Part shown: in pieces, positions 36,042 through 47,802 of the stretch
Layout: every line of letters begins with the position of its first letter
How positions within the stretch are numbered: position 1 is the first letter of the stretch
From: Scenedesmus sp. PABB004
Lineage: Eukaryota
DNA: 64,000 nucleotides
Assembly: GCA_014905635.1 (NCBI GenBank)
Contig: JABVCE010000016.1
Location: 1-64,000, forward strand
Direction of reading: 5' to 3'
Translations under genes and position numbers: made by a program
The notes under the pieces: generated by a model
What the model saw: only the letters and a program-made list of their open reading frames with translations
Told to the model about the DNA's origin: nothing
Databases searched by the model: none

Positions 36042-37578
36042 ATGGAGCCCGTGGCGATGGATGTGGGAGCCGAGGAGGTCGACACGCACCACCGCGCGTT
36101 CTTCAGCTTCAACCCCGCGCTCTTCCTGGCCGACCTCAGCAACATTGTGAGCGCGATGCCACGCGAGCGCGCCCGGCCGCCCGGGGGCCCCCCGAGGCCC
36201 CCCTCCGGCCGGCACCGCGTGCTCGTGCCGCCTCACGCCCGTCGCCGTCCGCCCGTAGGCCCTGGACGTCGCCGCGGACGGCCTGGAGGCGCTGGAGGGG
36301 TGCGGCGCTGCTGCCGCTCCGCCCTGCCGCGCCGCCGCCGGCCCCTCACGCCGCCCGCCGCGCCGGCGCGCCCCCGCAGCCGGCTGCACGCGGCTCAGGT
36401 CCTGGACCCCAGCACAAAGGCCGCGGTGTCGCAGGTGCGGCGGCCGGCGCGCGCGCGGCGAGCCGGCCGGGAAACGGCCGCAACCGCCGCCGGCGACGAC
36501 GCGGCGGCCCCGCTGCGCGCCGCGCGCGCCGGACACGCAGATACTGGCGCAGACGTGCGCCACGACGCTGGACAGCACGGCTCGCGCGGCCGCCGCGTTT
36601 GAGCAGTACGAGCAGCTCACGTCGCTGGCGGTGCCGGCGGAGCTGTTTGTGGAGCAGGCGAGCACGGGCCGGGCGCGCCGCGCGGCGGCGCAGTGCGGGC
36701 GGCCAGGGCGCGGCGCGGCCCGCGCCGCCGGCCCAGCGCCGCGCCGGCCGACGCCCGCCGCCGCGCCCCGCGCCGCCGCCGCGCGCAGCCGCTGCCGGTG
36801 CTGCCGGAGCCGGTCGACCCGCAGGCAGAGGAGGCGCTGGACGCGGAGCTGGGGCAGCTGCGGGAGCAGGTCAGCCAGGTGAGCGGCCCGCCGCGCCGCG
36901 CGGCCAGGCAAGTCAGCCGGCCGGCCGGGGCCGTGGCGGGGCCGGCGTCGCCGCCTGCTGCAGCCGCGCCCGACGACTGCTGCCGCCGCCACGCCCTGTG
37001 CGCAGGCGCGCGCCGGCTACCGGGCGCTGAAGCAGCAGCTGGCGGCGCTCGACAAGGACGCCGGCACAACCGGTGCGTGGCCGACGCGAGCGCGGCCCGC
37101 CCAGCTCGGCGCCACGGCCGCGCGCCGCGCTGCGCGCGGCTGGCCAGGGCCGCCCGCCCACGCTCGGCCGCCCCGCCGCCGCCGCCGTGCGTCGTCGCCG
37201 CCGCCGCCGCTGCGCGTCGCAGCGCGACGCTTTGCCGCGTACAAGCCCCTCGCAGACACGCTCGCCGCGGTGGGGCAGCCGCTGCTGCAGGAGGCGGCCG
37301 CCATCGGCCGGCTCGCTGCGAAGCTGGAGCCGATGCTCTCGGCCGCGGCGCAGCTCGCGGCGCAGCGGCGGCCGGCCGACCCGCTCGCCGCGGCGCTGGC
37401 GGCGGCGGGCGCCGCCGGCGCGGGCGCGGCGCGCGGCGGCGAGGACGGCGACGACGACTGCGCCGACGGCTGCGCCGACGACGCGGACGTGGACCGGCGC
37501 GTGCAGCAGCTGATGGGCGACACCGCGGCCAGCATGGACGCGCTGATCGCCGCCAACGCGGCGCTGCAGGCGGCGTGA
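36042..37578 (+). CDS. MIS12: Kinetochore protein MIS12-like, multi-exon
   Basis: FFSFNPALFLADLSNI N-terminal motif, FEQY..LAVPAEL, then EEALDAELGQLREQV coiled coil, matching the Mis12 layout. Confidence 0.7.
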
Positions 37579-38042
37579 CGGCGACGGCGGGCGGGCGCGG
37601 GCGGCTGGCGGGCGGGTGTGAGACGGGGCCTGGGGCGCTGGGGAGCTGGGCATGGGGCCCTGGGAGTCAGGGTGCACACACAACAAGCATGGCAGGTTGG
37701 GGAGGCTCACGCCGGCGACGTTGCCAGCAACAGGCTGCGCCGCCCGGCCGTGCCGCGCCCCACGCGCGCCGGCGCTGCCGGCGCCGCGCGCGCCCGCGAG
37801 CTCCCCGCGCCCGCCCGTGTCTCCCGTCACAAATCGGTGCGACCAGCTTCGAGCAGCCCGCACACCGCCACCTGCCAGCTCGAACAGACTGCAGTTGCCG
37901 CCGCCGCGGCGCGCTGCCACCGCCGGGCGCGCCACGCGGCTTGACGTCGCCGCCCCCGCTGCCGCCCGAGGGCGCGCCGCCCTCGGCCGGCGGCGCGCGC
38001 GCCTGTCTGAGGCCCCCTGCCCCCCACACCACACCACGCACA

Positions 38043-39678
38043 CTAGGGCGCGGCGTCGCCCTTGGCCGGGGGCGCGCGGCCGTTGTTGATCCAGAACATC
38101 GCGTTGTAGCCGCGGTCGCTCAGCTTGCAGCGCGGCCGCGCCAGGCGGCGGCCAGGCGTGTACGCGCGCGACACGTGCGCGCGCTTGTACTCGGAGCAGT
38201 TGTGCGTGCCGTCGCCTGGCGGACAGGCGGCGAGCGCGGCGGCAGGGTGAGCACGCGGCCGCGGCGGCGACGCCGCGCGCGGCTCGTTTCAACGTGCCGC
38301 GCCCGCGCGCCGCCCGGCGCGCTGCCCCGGCCCTCATCACCGTCGGCGTCCATGTGGTCGAGGAAGCTGCCCACAAATGAAAAGCCAACGAATCCCCCTG
38401 GCTGGCAGAACGTCTTGCTGAGGCGGCGCGCCATCTCGCCGACCGGCAGCGCCAGCGCGACGTGCATGTCAGGGCACTCGGCGCCGCCGAGCCCGAGCGG
38501 GGGAGGCGAGGCGCCGGGCGCGGCAGGGGGCGCGCCGCCGCTGGCGCGGCCTTGGAAGCCGTTGCCGCACCGGGTGCAGCCATTGTTGTCAAAGTAGCTG
38601 CGCGAGTGGTGGGCGCCGGTCAGGGGTGCAGCGTGCGGGGCGTAGGGCGTGGTGTCACCGGTGCGCTGCGGCTGCTGGTGCTGCCTGCCGGGCAGGCGCG
38701 CGCCCGCCGCACTCACGTGTTGGGCCCGCAGAAGACGGCGCAGGCGCCCCAGTCGCTGCGGGGCAGGCGGCGGCGCAACGCGGCTGTGAGCGCTCGCACC
38801 CGGCGGCGCGCGCTCTGGCGCGGCGCGCAGCATGCGCAGCGAGCGGCTCACATGCTGCATTCCGTTCCAGACGGGCCATCGAAGCACGAGGGCTGGCCCT
38901 GCGTGCGCGCGGTGAGCGCACGGGCGGGCGGGGGGCGTGACCAGGTGCGCCGACGCCCAGAAGTGGGGGCAGGCGGGCGTCGGCGCAGCGCGCGCGCGCG
39001 TCCCTCGCAGCGCTTGCGCGCAGGGCCCAGACAGCGCACCCCGGGCCCTGTCACGTATTTCTTCAGCACAGTGTCATACACGTTGTACGCGTGCCCGCAG
39101 CTGCCGCACCTGCGGCCACGGGGCGGGGCGGGATTGGGTATGAGCCGGGGACGAGGGGGGCGCTGTGGCGTGGCTGCAGCTGCGCAGTGGTCGTTGCCCC
39201 GCGGGCCCAGCGGCGTGCGGCGCTCACGGGCTGCAGTCAACGCCTGGCAGGCGCAAGGGCATCATCACAGGGCGGCGGGGCAGGGCGGCGCGACGGCGTG
39301 AGGTGGCGGCAGGCCTGGCGACTGCCAGGCGCGCGCGCGGTGAGGGGTTAGCTCAAACTCGCCATAGACGTTGCACTGGGCTATGTTGAGATTCGAATGC
39401 TTGCCCTTCAGGCGTCCGTCATCCCAGAGCAGGCCATCGCCGGCAAAAGTGCTCACTTTGACCACGCACTCGCTGTCGTACATCGCGAAGCGGTGGCCCA
39501 GCTCGCCGATCTCCTCAGGGTCCGGCCAGTACTCGTGCGCGATCGCGACGGCACCGGGGCAGACCTCCTCAGGGGTCAGCGCCTCGTCCAGCGCGGCGGC
39601 GCAGCAGGCAGCGAGCAGCACCGCCGCGGCCAGCAGTGCCGGGCCGCAGCGACAGCTTGCAGCGGCGGTCGTGGCCAT
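38043..39678 (-). CDS. Secreted Cys-rich protein of unknown function, multi-exon
   Basis: Signal peptide (ALLAAAVLLAACCAAA); complex exons CGSCGHAYNVYD, WGACAVFCGP, YFDNNGCTRCGNG, AECPDMHVAL; last exon ends ..MFWINNGRAPPAKGDAAP-stop. Confidence 0.65.
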
Positions 39679-40092
39679 GGAAACGACCCCTGCGTGCCGT
39701 GTGCGAGCTGCGGGCTGGGTGAGAGGCCTGGGCGCGGCGCGGCACCGCTGGGCAGCAGCGATGCCGGGACGTCCCGGGTGCTGCCGCGCAGAGCGTCCCA
39801 GGCCCCGCGCGGCTCACGGCGCGTTACCACCAAGCTTGAGACAGCTCGAACTGAGTCCAGAGCGCGTCGCGGAGCGCGGCACGACGCGGGGGGAGGCCGG
39901 GCCAAGCCGATTATGCTCGGCACCGAGCTGCGGGGGCTGCGGGGGCGTGCCTGGCGAGTACCGCGTGCGCTGGAGCTGCCTGAGACGTCTGGGCACACGA
40001 CGGCGCGGCCGAACAGGCAGTCAACGACACCATTTCACATGCTTATCAAATCGGAGCGTCCGCGACGGCCGCGTGCCGAGCCCGCCGTCGCA

Positions 40093-42955
40093 TCAGCGAA
40101 GCTTGGGCCCCTTGCGCAGGAGCGGCAAGCCCTCCTCCTCGTCCCCCGCCGGCGCCGGCGCGCCGTCGCTGCCGTCCGGGTCGGCCGCCGCCCCGCGCCC
40201 GGCGGCCCCCTCGCCGGCCTCGGCGTGCGCCGCCGCCGCGCCGCCGCCGCCGCCGCCGGCGTCCTCGCCCGGCGCCTCGGCGTCGAGCGACGCGGGCAGC
40301 AGGCCGAGGAAGGGCGCGGGGAGCAGGGTGGTGAGGTTGCAGATGAGCACGAGCGCGAAGAGGTGGCTGAAGTCGGTCGACGTCACGCCGAGCGCGCCGG
40401 TGAGGCCCGCGCCGAGCGCCGAGCCGAAGAACGCGCCGCCGTTGAGGATGGACATGAGCGTCGCAAAGAGCGTCGCCTCCACGCCCGCGGGGCACAGCCG
40501 CGCGGCGAGCACGAGGATCGGCATGAAGCTCACCTGGTGTGCACAAGGGGGCGGCGGCGCGCGGGCGTGTGAGCGTGTGTGGCATTTCAGCGCATGAGTG
40601 CGAGTGAGTGCGGGTGAGTGCGCGTGAGTGCGAGCGAGTGCGGGTGGGTACGGGTGAGTGCGAGGGAGTGCCAGTGAGTGCGAGTGCGAGTGCGAGTGCG
40701 AGTGCGAGTGCGGGTGAGTGCGAGTGAGTGCGAGCGCGTGGGTGGGTGAGAGGCACGCGGGCGCCCGCACCTGGCCGAGCACGGTGAGGATGACGCTGTC
40801 ACCCAGCACAAAGAGCTCGTCGCTCAGCCCGAGGGCGCGGTTCGCGCCCGACACGAGCAGCAGCTGCGTGCTGCCGAGGCCGACGCCGAGCAGCATCGCC
40901 CACAGCAGCATGCGCTTCAGCGGCACCGCCTTGAACACGCCGTTGTACAGCGCCACGCCTGGCCGGCCACGGCCGCGGCGCAGCGGGAGGGTTCGCGGGC
41001 GGGCCTCGGGCGGGTCAAGGGCGTGGCCTCGACCGGGCGGCAGCGCGGCGCGCGGCGCTGCCCCGTATGCCGGCGCGCGCACCCGCCAGGCTGGCGACCG
41101 AGCCCGCGAGGCGCACGCGGCCGAGGAACTCTGGCGTGAAGTGGAGCTCGTTGGTGTAAAAGTAAAACATGGCGCTGTCGGCGCTCGGCGTGGCCTGAGA
41201 CCGCGCGCACGCGGCGGCGGCGGCGCGGCGCGTTACGGGCCGCGGCGCGTTGCGGGGGCCGTGCACGCGCGCGTGCGCGGCCGCGCGACGGTCCGGTCGC
41301 CGCTGCGAGCACCGGCGGCGGGCGGCGCGGCAGGCGGGTGGCGCCCACCTGCCAGAGGAAGACGAAGACCGTCGGCAGCAGGATGCGCCGCTGCCGCACC
41401 GCGCCCCACAGCGCCGCGCCCTGCGCGACCACGCGCGGCCCGAGCGCGCGCGCCGCGCTCGCCGCGAGCCCGCGCGCGCCGCCGCCGGCGCCGGCGGCGC
41501 TGGCTGTGGCGGGGCTGCCGGGCGGGCTCGGGGGCGGGCTGGGGTCGGCGGTCACGCGCTGCTCGTCGATCAGCAGCGCTGCGGCGCTGACAATGAGCGG
41601 AAACACCGCGGTCAGCCCAAACACCGCCTGGCTGCCGTACGCCTGGACGAGGCTGCCGCTGAAGTAGGCGCTCGCGATGCCCCCGACCGCGCTGCTCGCC
41701 CAGCACAGGCTCTGCAGCGACCCCGCGGTCGCCTGCGCAACGCGGCGGCGGCGGCGGCGGCGGCGATGTGGCGGCCGCGGGCGCGTCGGCCGCGGGGCGC
41801 GTGGGCGCGGGCGCGCGTGGGCGCGGGCGCCGCGGCGGGCGCGGCGCGCACCGCGGGCTCGCCGCGCGCGCGCTCCACGACGAGCGAGTCGACCACGACG
41901 TCGCTTGCGGCGGTGGAGAGGCTGCCCAGCAGCATCGCGCCGACCGCGCCGGCGGGCGAGTGCACGACGGTCGCGAGCGCGAGCCACGACGCGCTGCCTG
42001 CGCGGGCGCGGGCGCGGGCGCGGGTGGGCGTCACGGCGGTGCGCCGCGCGCGCCCGTCCGCCGCGCGCAGTGCTGGTGCTGCGTGCCGCCTGCGCCGCCG
42101 CGCGCTGCGCCGCCGTTTGCGCGCCCCGCGCACCCGCAAGGCCGCAGAGCACCAGGTAGCTGCGCCGCCGGTAACCGAAGAGCGGCACCGCGTCGCTGAT
42201 GAAGCCATACAGCGGCTTCACCACCCACGGCAGCCCCGCGAGCCCGACCAGCACCGCCACCTGCGCGCGCCGCCGCGGCGGCGGCGGCAGCGGCGGCGGC
42301 GTCGCGCCCGCCGCGCGCCGCGGGGCCGCACGCGCCGCCGCTGGTCGCTCCGCCCAGCGCGGCCGCCGGCGCCCGCCCCACCTGCGCCGGCTCGACGGCG
42401 AGGTCGTCCTTGAAAAAGAACGACAGCGCCAGGCGCGACAGCCCCAGAATGCCCTGCACAAAGTACACTGACACCGGCGGCGGCGGCGGCGGCCGCCGCG
42501 CAGGCGGCGGGTGCGGGCGGGGTGCGGGTGTGAGTGCGCGAGCGCGCGCCGGGAGGGGCGAGCGAGGAGGTGCGCGGGCGGCGCCAGCGGCTGGCGGCCG
42601 GTGCACGCGGCGCACCCATGGAGATGGCCACGAGCTCGGGCGTGACGGGCAGGCCCAGGTACGGCACCGTCGCGCCGCGGCGCTGCTGCTGCGGCGCGGC
42701 GCTCGGCGGCGCCTCCGCGCCCGCGCCCGCCTTGCCGCGCTCGGCCGCGAGCTCGAGCCAGGCCTCCGGCGTCTCGCGCGGCTCGTGGTGCCCGTCCTCG
42801 GGCAACGCTGCGCCGCGCAGGGCGCCGCCCAGCAGCGGCGGCGCGTCCTTGCGCCGCATCTGGCTCCCGGCGGCGGCGCTGCTAGCGCGGCGGCATCGCG
42901 GCGGCGCGCCGCGCGCGGCGGCGGCGCTGCTGCTGCGTGCGCCGGCGGCGCGCAT
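40093..42955 (-). CDS. Folate/biopterin transporter (BT1/FBT family), probably plastidic
   Basis: [99 protein letters not shown]. Start could be further upstream (ATG 43126). Confidence 0.96.
40596..40735 (+). repeat. (GAGTGC)n/(GAGT)n compound microsatellite in an FBT intron
   Basis: gagtgcgagtgagtgcgggtgagtgc... tandem array. Confidence 0.9.
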
Positions 42956-43371
42956 GCGCCCGGCGGCACGCGCGGGGCCTTCTGCCAGCAGGCCGGCTGC
43001 GGGCGCGACAGCAGCGGCGGCAGCGGCGGCAGCGGCGGCGGTTGGGTCGCGGTCGATCGCGGGGAGGGCGCGGGGAGGGCACGGGCGGACTGTGGAGACG
43101 CGGGAGGAGACCGGCTGCGGAGGCATGAAGCCGCGCCGTGCACGCAGAGCCCCTGCACCGCTCGCCGCCGCTGCCAACGCGTCGCGCCGTCCACGCGCGC
43201 AGGCGTGAGGCGGCCCACTGCGGTGCCCTGCGCCACCCTCGCGCAGCTCCCGAGACCGCGCCGCCACGCGCCCTGCTCGCGCCGCGCTGCCCGGGCGGCG
43301 CGTCGCGGCCACCCGCCGCTGCGGCAGCTCGGGGAGCCGCCGGCGCAGCGCAGCGAGAGGCAGTGGCCGCG

Positions 43372-44664
43372 ATGGGTGGTATGGCGGTCACGCAGTCGCC
43401 AGGCGGCTGCCGGCGCTGCGCCGGCGGCAGGCAGCACCCGCAGCAGCGGCGGCGCGGCGCGGCCCTGCTGTGCCGCGCCGTGCGGCCGTCGCGGCAGCTG
43501 GCAGAGCTGCTGCAGCAGCAGCCGATGCAGCAGCAGACGCAGACGCAGCAGGACAAGCAGCAGCAGCCGCATCAGCCGACGCCGCAGCTGGGCCGGCGCG
43601 CCGTGGCCGTGCTCGGCCCGGCGGCGGGCGCGCTCGCGGCAGCGCTGGCGCTGGCGCGCCCGGCGGCGGCGTCCAAGCTCGGGGGCCTCGTCGACGACCT
43701 GTGGCAGACGGCGGGCGGCGGCCCAGCCGACCTGACATTCCCCGAGGCCTGGAGCGGCGTCTGGGACGTCACCTCGACGCTCGTGAGCGTGTCGCTGCCG
43801 CTGGGCGAGGAGCTGGTGCCGAACTTGCAGGCGGTGCGGCGCGCGCAGGCGGAGGACCTGGACCGCCCCCTCACCTACCAGGTCGCGTTTGTGCGCGGCC
43901 CGGGCGGGCGCGTGATCTTTGACCGCCGCTTCAACACCGCCGCGCTGCTCAAGGCATACTACGGCAGCAGCGTGGACTTTGCAGGACGCATACGCTGGGA
44001 CCCGTCGGTGCGTGCTGCGCGGCGCGGCGGCGACGGGGGCGGGCACGGCGCCGCGCGCTCCCTTCCAGCGCGCTGCCTGCGGCGGCCGGCCCACGCGCCG
44101 CGCGCCGCGCCGCGGTGCCTGCGCCGCCGGCCCACGCGCGCCGCGCCGCAGGACCCCAACGAGCTGAGCCTGTCGATGCCGGGCGACCTGTCGGTGCGGA
44201 CGCGCGTCATGCGGCGCAGCGAGGAGGAGGTCGGGCCGGGGCGGTTTGAGACGAGCGAGTTCAGCCAGCAGGTGTTTGAGAGCGCGGCTGACACATCCGG
44301 GGTCGACCCCGGTGCCCGCCCGCGCGTCAAGGCATCGCAGTGCTTCACCAAGTTTTTGTGGCGCGACGACGACGCCGCCGCGGCCGCGGGCGGGCCGCCG
44401 ATCGTCGCGACGCAGGGTGCGCCGCGCGCGCCGCGCGCGGCGCGAACGCCCGGCGCGTCCCGCGCGCGCCCACGCAGCCTGGCCGCCGCCGCCGCCGCGC
44501 CGCCGTGCACGTGCGCAGTGGTGTCCGACTACTTGACGCCCTTTGACGGCTCGGAGGCGCAGTTCCTGGCAGCCCGCAACCGCCCGGTGAGCGTCTACAC
44601 GTACAAGCTGGCCTTCACGCGCCACCACGACGCGGCGCCTGCGGCCGACATCGCGTGCTCGTAG
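43372..44664 (+). CDS. Conserved plastid/cyanobacterial-type protein (DUF6816-like), predicted thylakoid lumen
   Basis: Transit peptide, then LGRRAVAVLG..ALARPAAA (Tat-type signal); DLTFPEAWSGVWDVTSTL, VIFDRRFN, WDPS-DPNEL, FETSEFSQQ. Confidence 0.75.
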   Translation: MGGMAVTQSPGGCRRCAGGRQHPQQRRRGAALLCRAVRPSRQLAELLQQQPMQQQTQTQQDKQQQPHQPTPQLGRRAVAVLGPAAGALAAALALARPAAASKLGGLVDDLWQTAGGGPADLTFPEAWSGVWDVTSTLVSVSLPLGEELVPNLQAVRRAQAEDLDRPLTYQVAFVRGPGGRVIFDRRFNTAALLKAYYGSSVDFAGRIRWDPSVRAARRGGDGGGHGAARSLPARCLRRPAHAPRAAPRCLRRRPTRAAPQDPNELSLSMPGDLSVRTRVMRRSEEEVGPGRFETSEFSQQVFESAADTSGVDPGARPRVKASQCFTKFLWRDDDAAAAAGGPPIVATQGAPRAPRAARTPGASRARPRSLAAAAAAPPCTCAVVSDYLTPFDGSEAQFLAARNRPVSVYTYKLAFTRHHDAAPAADIACS

Positions 44665-45680
44665 CCGCGCGGGCGGGGCGCGGGCTGGCGCCGCAGCTGC
44701 AGCTGCAGCTGCAAGGGGCAAAGCTCGGGATGTTACGTGCGACCGCGCGCCCGCCACTCTTGCAGTCCCTGAATTGCTGTGCCGCCACCACACGGCCGCT
44801 GCGTCGGGGCTGGGACCCCCCCGTGCGGCGGCCACGCTGCCGCCGCCGACACACCAGCCTGCGTCGCGCCACCCCGATGCGGAGCGCTGCTGCCGAACCC
44901 GATCACAGCGGCCGCCGGCAGCAGCCGGGCGAGCGCGTGCCGCACCTTGTGCAGGTGGGAGCCGCATGCGCCAGGCCTCTCTCAGCCTCCGCCGCGGCGC
45001 GGCCCGCCCGGCTGCGCCAGCCCTGCCGCCCCGCCACGCGCGCCGTCGCCGCCGCCTGCGCAGCCGCGCCCTTGCGGCCGGGTGCTTGCAGAGTGCAAGC
45101 ACACAATCACGCACAAACAACGCTGCAGGCTGCTGCTGCTGCTGCTGTATCGTACAGACGCTGGACCACGACACCACGGGACCTCGACACCACGGGACCT
45201 CGACACCAGCCACACCCAACCACAGCTGACCGCGCCCTGACCCCCCCCCCCCTCGCCCGCCACCGCCACCCGGCGCCGTCATGGTGTGATGATCCGCACC
45301 TCGCCATGTGCGCCCCGCTCACCGCTGGCCGTTGGGGTGTGACCTGTGTGTGCTGCGCACCCCCGCGCCGAGCGCGTGACGTTCGATGTACACCGCCGCC
45401 GCGCTGCGCGGCCCTCGCCGCTTGCTTTGTACTACGCCTCTGGCGCCGCCCGCGCTCCTTCGTACGCCTGGGGCCCGCGGGCGCATGCGCTGCCGCCGCC
45501 CCCCCGCACCCCCTCACCCTCCGCGCCCCGCCCAGCCCAGCCTCGCGCGCGGGTCTGTGGATGCACAGCTCCCGCCCCCTCCCCCCCCCCCCACACACCA
45601 CCACCACCACCCCGCGCGGGTCTGTGGATGCACAGCCCCGCCCGCCCCGCCTGCCCCGCCCCGCCCCGCCCAGCCGCCGC

Positions 45681-45940
45681 TCAGCCCATGCTGGCGAGCG
45701 TCGCCGCGGGCGAGCCCTCGCGCGAGGCCGCGGGCGAGGCGGTGGGCGAGGCATAGTCCCACATCGCGGTCGGCGGGCCGTCGCTGCCGGGCGGCAGGCG
45801 GGCGCGCAGCTCGTACTCCAGCCGCCCGCGGCACGCGCCGGCAAAGTGGCAGACGAGCTCGCCGCCGCGGAAGAGGAAGGACGCCGGACTGGAGCGCACC
45901 TGGCGGCGTGGAGGAGGGGTGCGTGCGGGTGCGCGCGTAC

Positions 45941-46026
<86 letters not shown>

Positions 46027-46107
46027 TTGTGGTGGTGGTGGGGGGGGGGGTCGGGGGGGCAGGCGGGGAAGCGCGCGTGGCCAAGCCCCGTGGAGCGGCG
46101 GCCCTGC

Positions 46108-46199
<92 letters not shown>

Positions 46200-47601
46200 C
46201 CGCGCACCCGGAGCACGTCCCGGAAGAGCTCCCGCGCGGGCGCGCTGGCGTTGCCCCACAGCATCAGCACGCGAACGTCGGGGTACGCCGCCGCCAGGGC
46301 CTGCCGGCGGCGGCCGCGCGGCGGGGCTCTCGCACGCGCACGCGCGCGCGCAGCTCCCACACACACGCGCGCGCGCGCGTGCCCAGCTCCCACACGCGCG
46401 CGAGCATGTCCCCGCAGACCCCCCGCGCGCGCGCGGCCGCACCTTGACGTCGTCCGCCATCGCGCGGCTGGCGGCGCACCAGGTCGTGCCGGCCATGAGC
46501 AGCACCAGGCGGTCCTCCGCGCGCAGCAGCGCGGCGTCGAGGTCGTCCGCGCTGCCCACGAGCGTGAAGGCGGGGTGGGCCACCGACTGGGCGGCATGGG
46601 AGGGGAGGGGGAGGCGCGCGCGCGCGTGAGGGGGAGGGGCAGGCGCAGCGGCGGGCCAGCGCGCGGCGGGCAGCAGGCGCGCCGCGCGCACGTGGATGAC
46701 GGCGCGCGCGGTGGAGGGGCCGTCAGGGCGGGCGCCGAGGTAGGCCAGCACCTGCGCGCGGCGGCGGCGGCGGCGGCGCCACGTCGGGGCGTTGCCCGCG
46801 CGCGCCGGCGCGGCGCGCTGCTGGCCGCCGGCGCGCCAGCACGGCGCGGCAGCGCGGCGCGCAGCAGTGCGCGCACCTCTGCCACGTCCAGCATGTTGTC
46901 GCGCACCAGCGCCATGAAGGCGCTAAACTCCAGGCGCCCCGCGCCGTTCACGCCGTACTTGGCCATGAGCGCGTCGACCTCGGCCGCGCCCGTGCTGTCG
47001 GGCCAGCCCAGCCGCACGAGCGCGGCGCGCAGCTCGTCGGCGCTGATGTCGCCGCTGCCATCCGCGTCGGCGGCGGCAAAGGCGTCGCGGTAGCGGCAGA
47101 GCGCGCCGTCGAGCAGCAGGCCGTCGTTGACCATGACCGCAAACTCCGCCTCGCTGAGGTCGCCCGAGCCGTCAGTGTCGTAGCGCGCGATCAGGCGCGA
47201 GACCTCGACCTCGCTGAGCCAGTGCTGCGCCAGGTGCGCGCCCGCGCCGCCGGCGCCGCGCTCCAGCAGCGCGCGGAGCTCGGCGACGTCGATGCGGCCG
47301 TTCCTGCGCGCGCGCGGCAGCGGCGGTTTGCGCGCGCGGCGGCGGCGGCTGCGGCTGCAAGGCAGGCCAGTCGTCTCGCTGAGCTGTCGGAAGGCCCTCA
47401 CCCGTCGCGGTCGACCTCCTCGAAGCGCTGCTGGAGCTGCACGCGCTTGGCGCGGCACGACGGCTCAACCGTCTCTTCGCGGGGCATCCAGGGCGTGATC
47501 CTGAAGCGTGCAGCGACGGACCGCGGCTGCCGACCGGCCTCCCTGGCCACGGGAACGTGCCGGGCGGCCCGCTGCGAGGCGGCGCGACGGAGAACGTGCA
47601 T
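45681..47601 (-). CDS. Calredoxin-like protein (four EF-hand positions plus thioredoxin domain), atypical WCAAS site
   Basis: EF loops DRDGNGRIDVAE, DTDGSGDLSEAE, DADGSGDISADE; TRX fold LVLLMAGTTWCAASRAM..LWGNAS..VRSSP. Confidence 0.85.
45957..46199 (+). repeat. (GT)n and (GGGCGC)n microsatellites in one intron
   Basis: Pure tandem arrays at ~45957-46025 and ~46109-46199. Confidence 0.95.
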
Positions 47602-47802
47602 GATGCCGGCTCGGCGGCCAACCGCCGGCTGGCGGGCACAGCAGCTGCGGCGGCGGAGCGCGAGCGCGGCGGCGCCCGATCGATCTGTGGCGGGGGGACG
47701 TCTGAGCGCGCGCGGGAGACCGGGGGGAGCGAGTGGGGTTGTCGCGGACGCGGGGTTGACCGGAGGGCGGGCGCAGGCAGCGCAAAAAAACGCCCGCCCC
47801 CA

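Noticed and set aside
42031..45282. 1083-aa ORF and many other long Ala/Arg/Pro/Gly-rich ORFs
   Set aside because: Stop codons are rare at this GC content; these frames are antisense or out-of-frame shadows of the real spliced genes.
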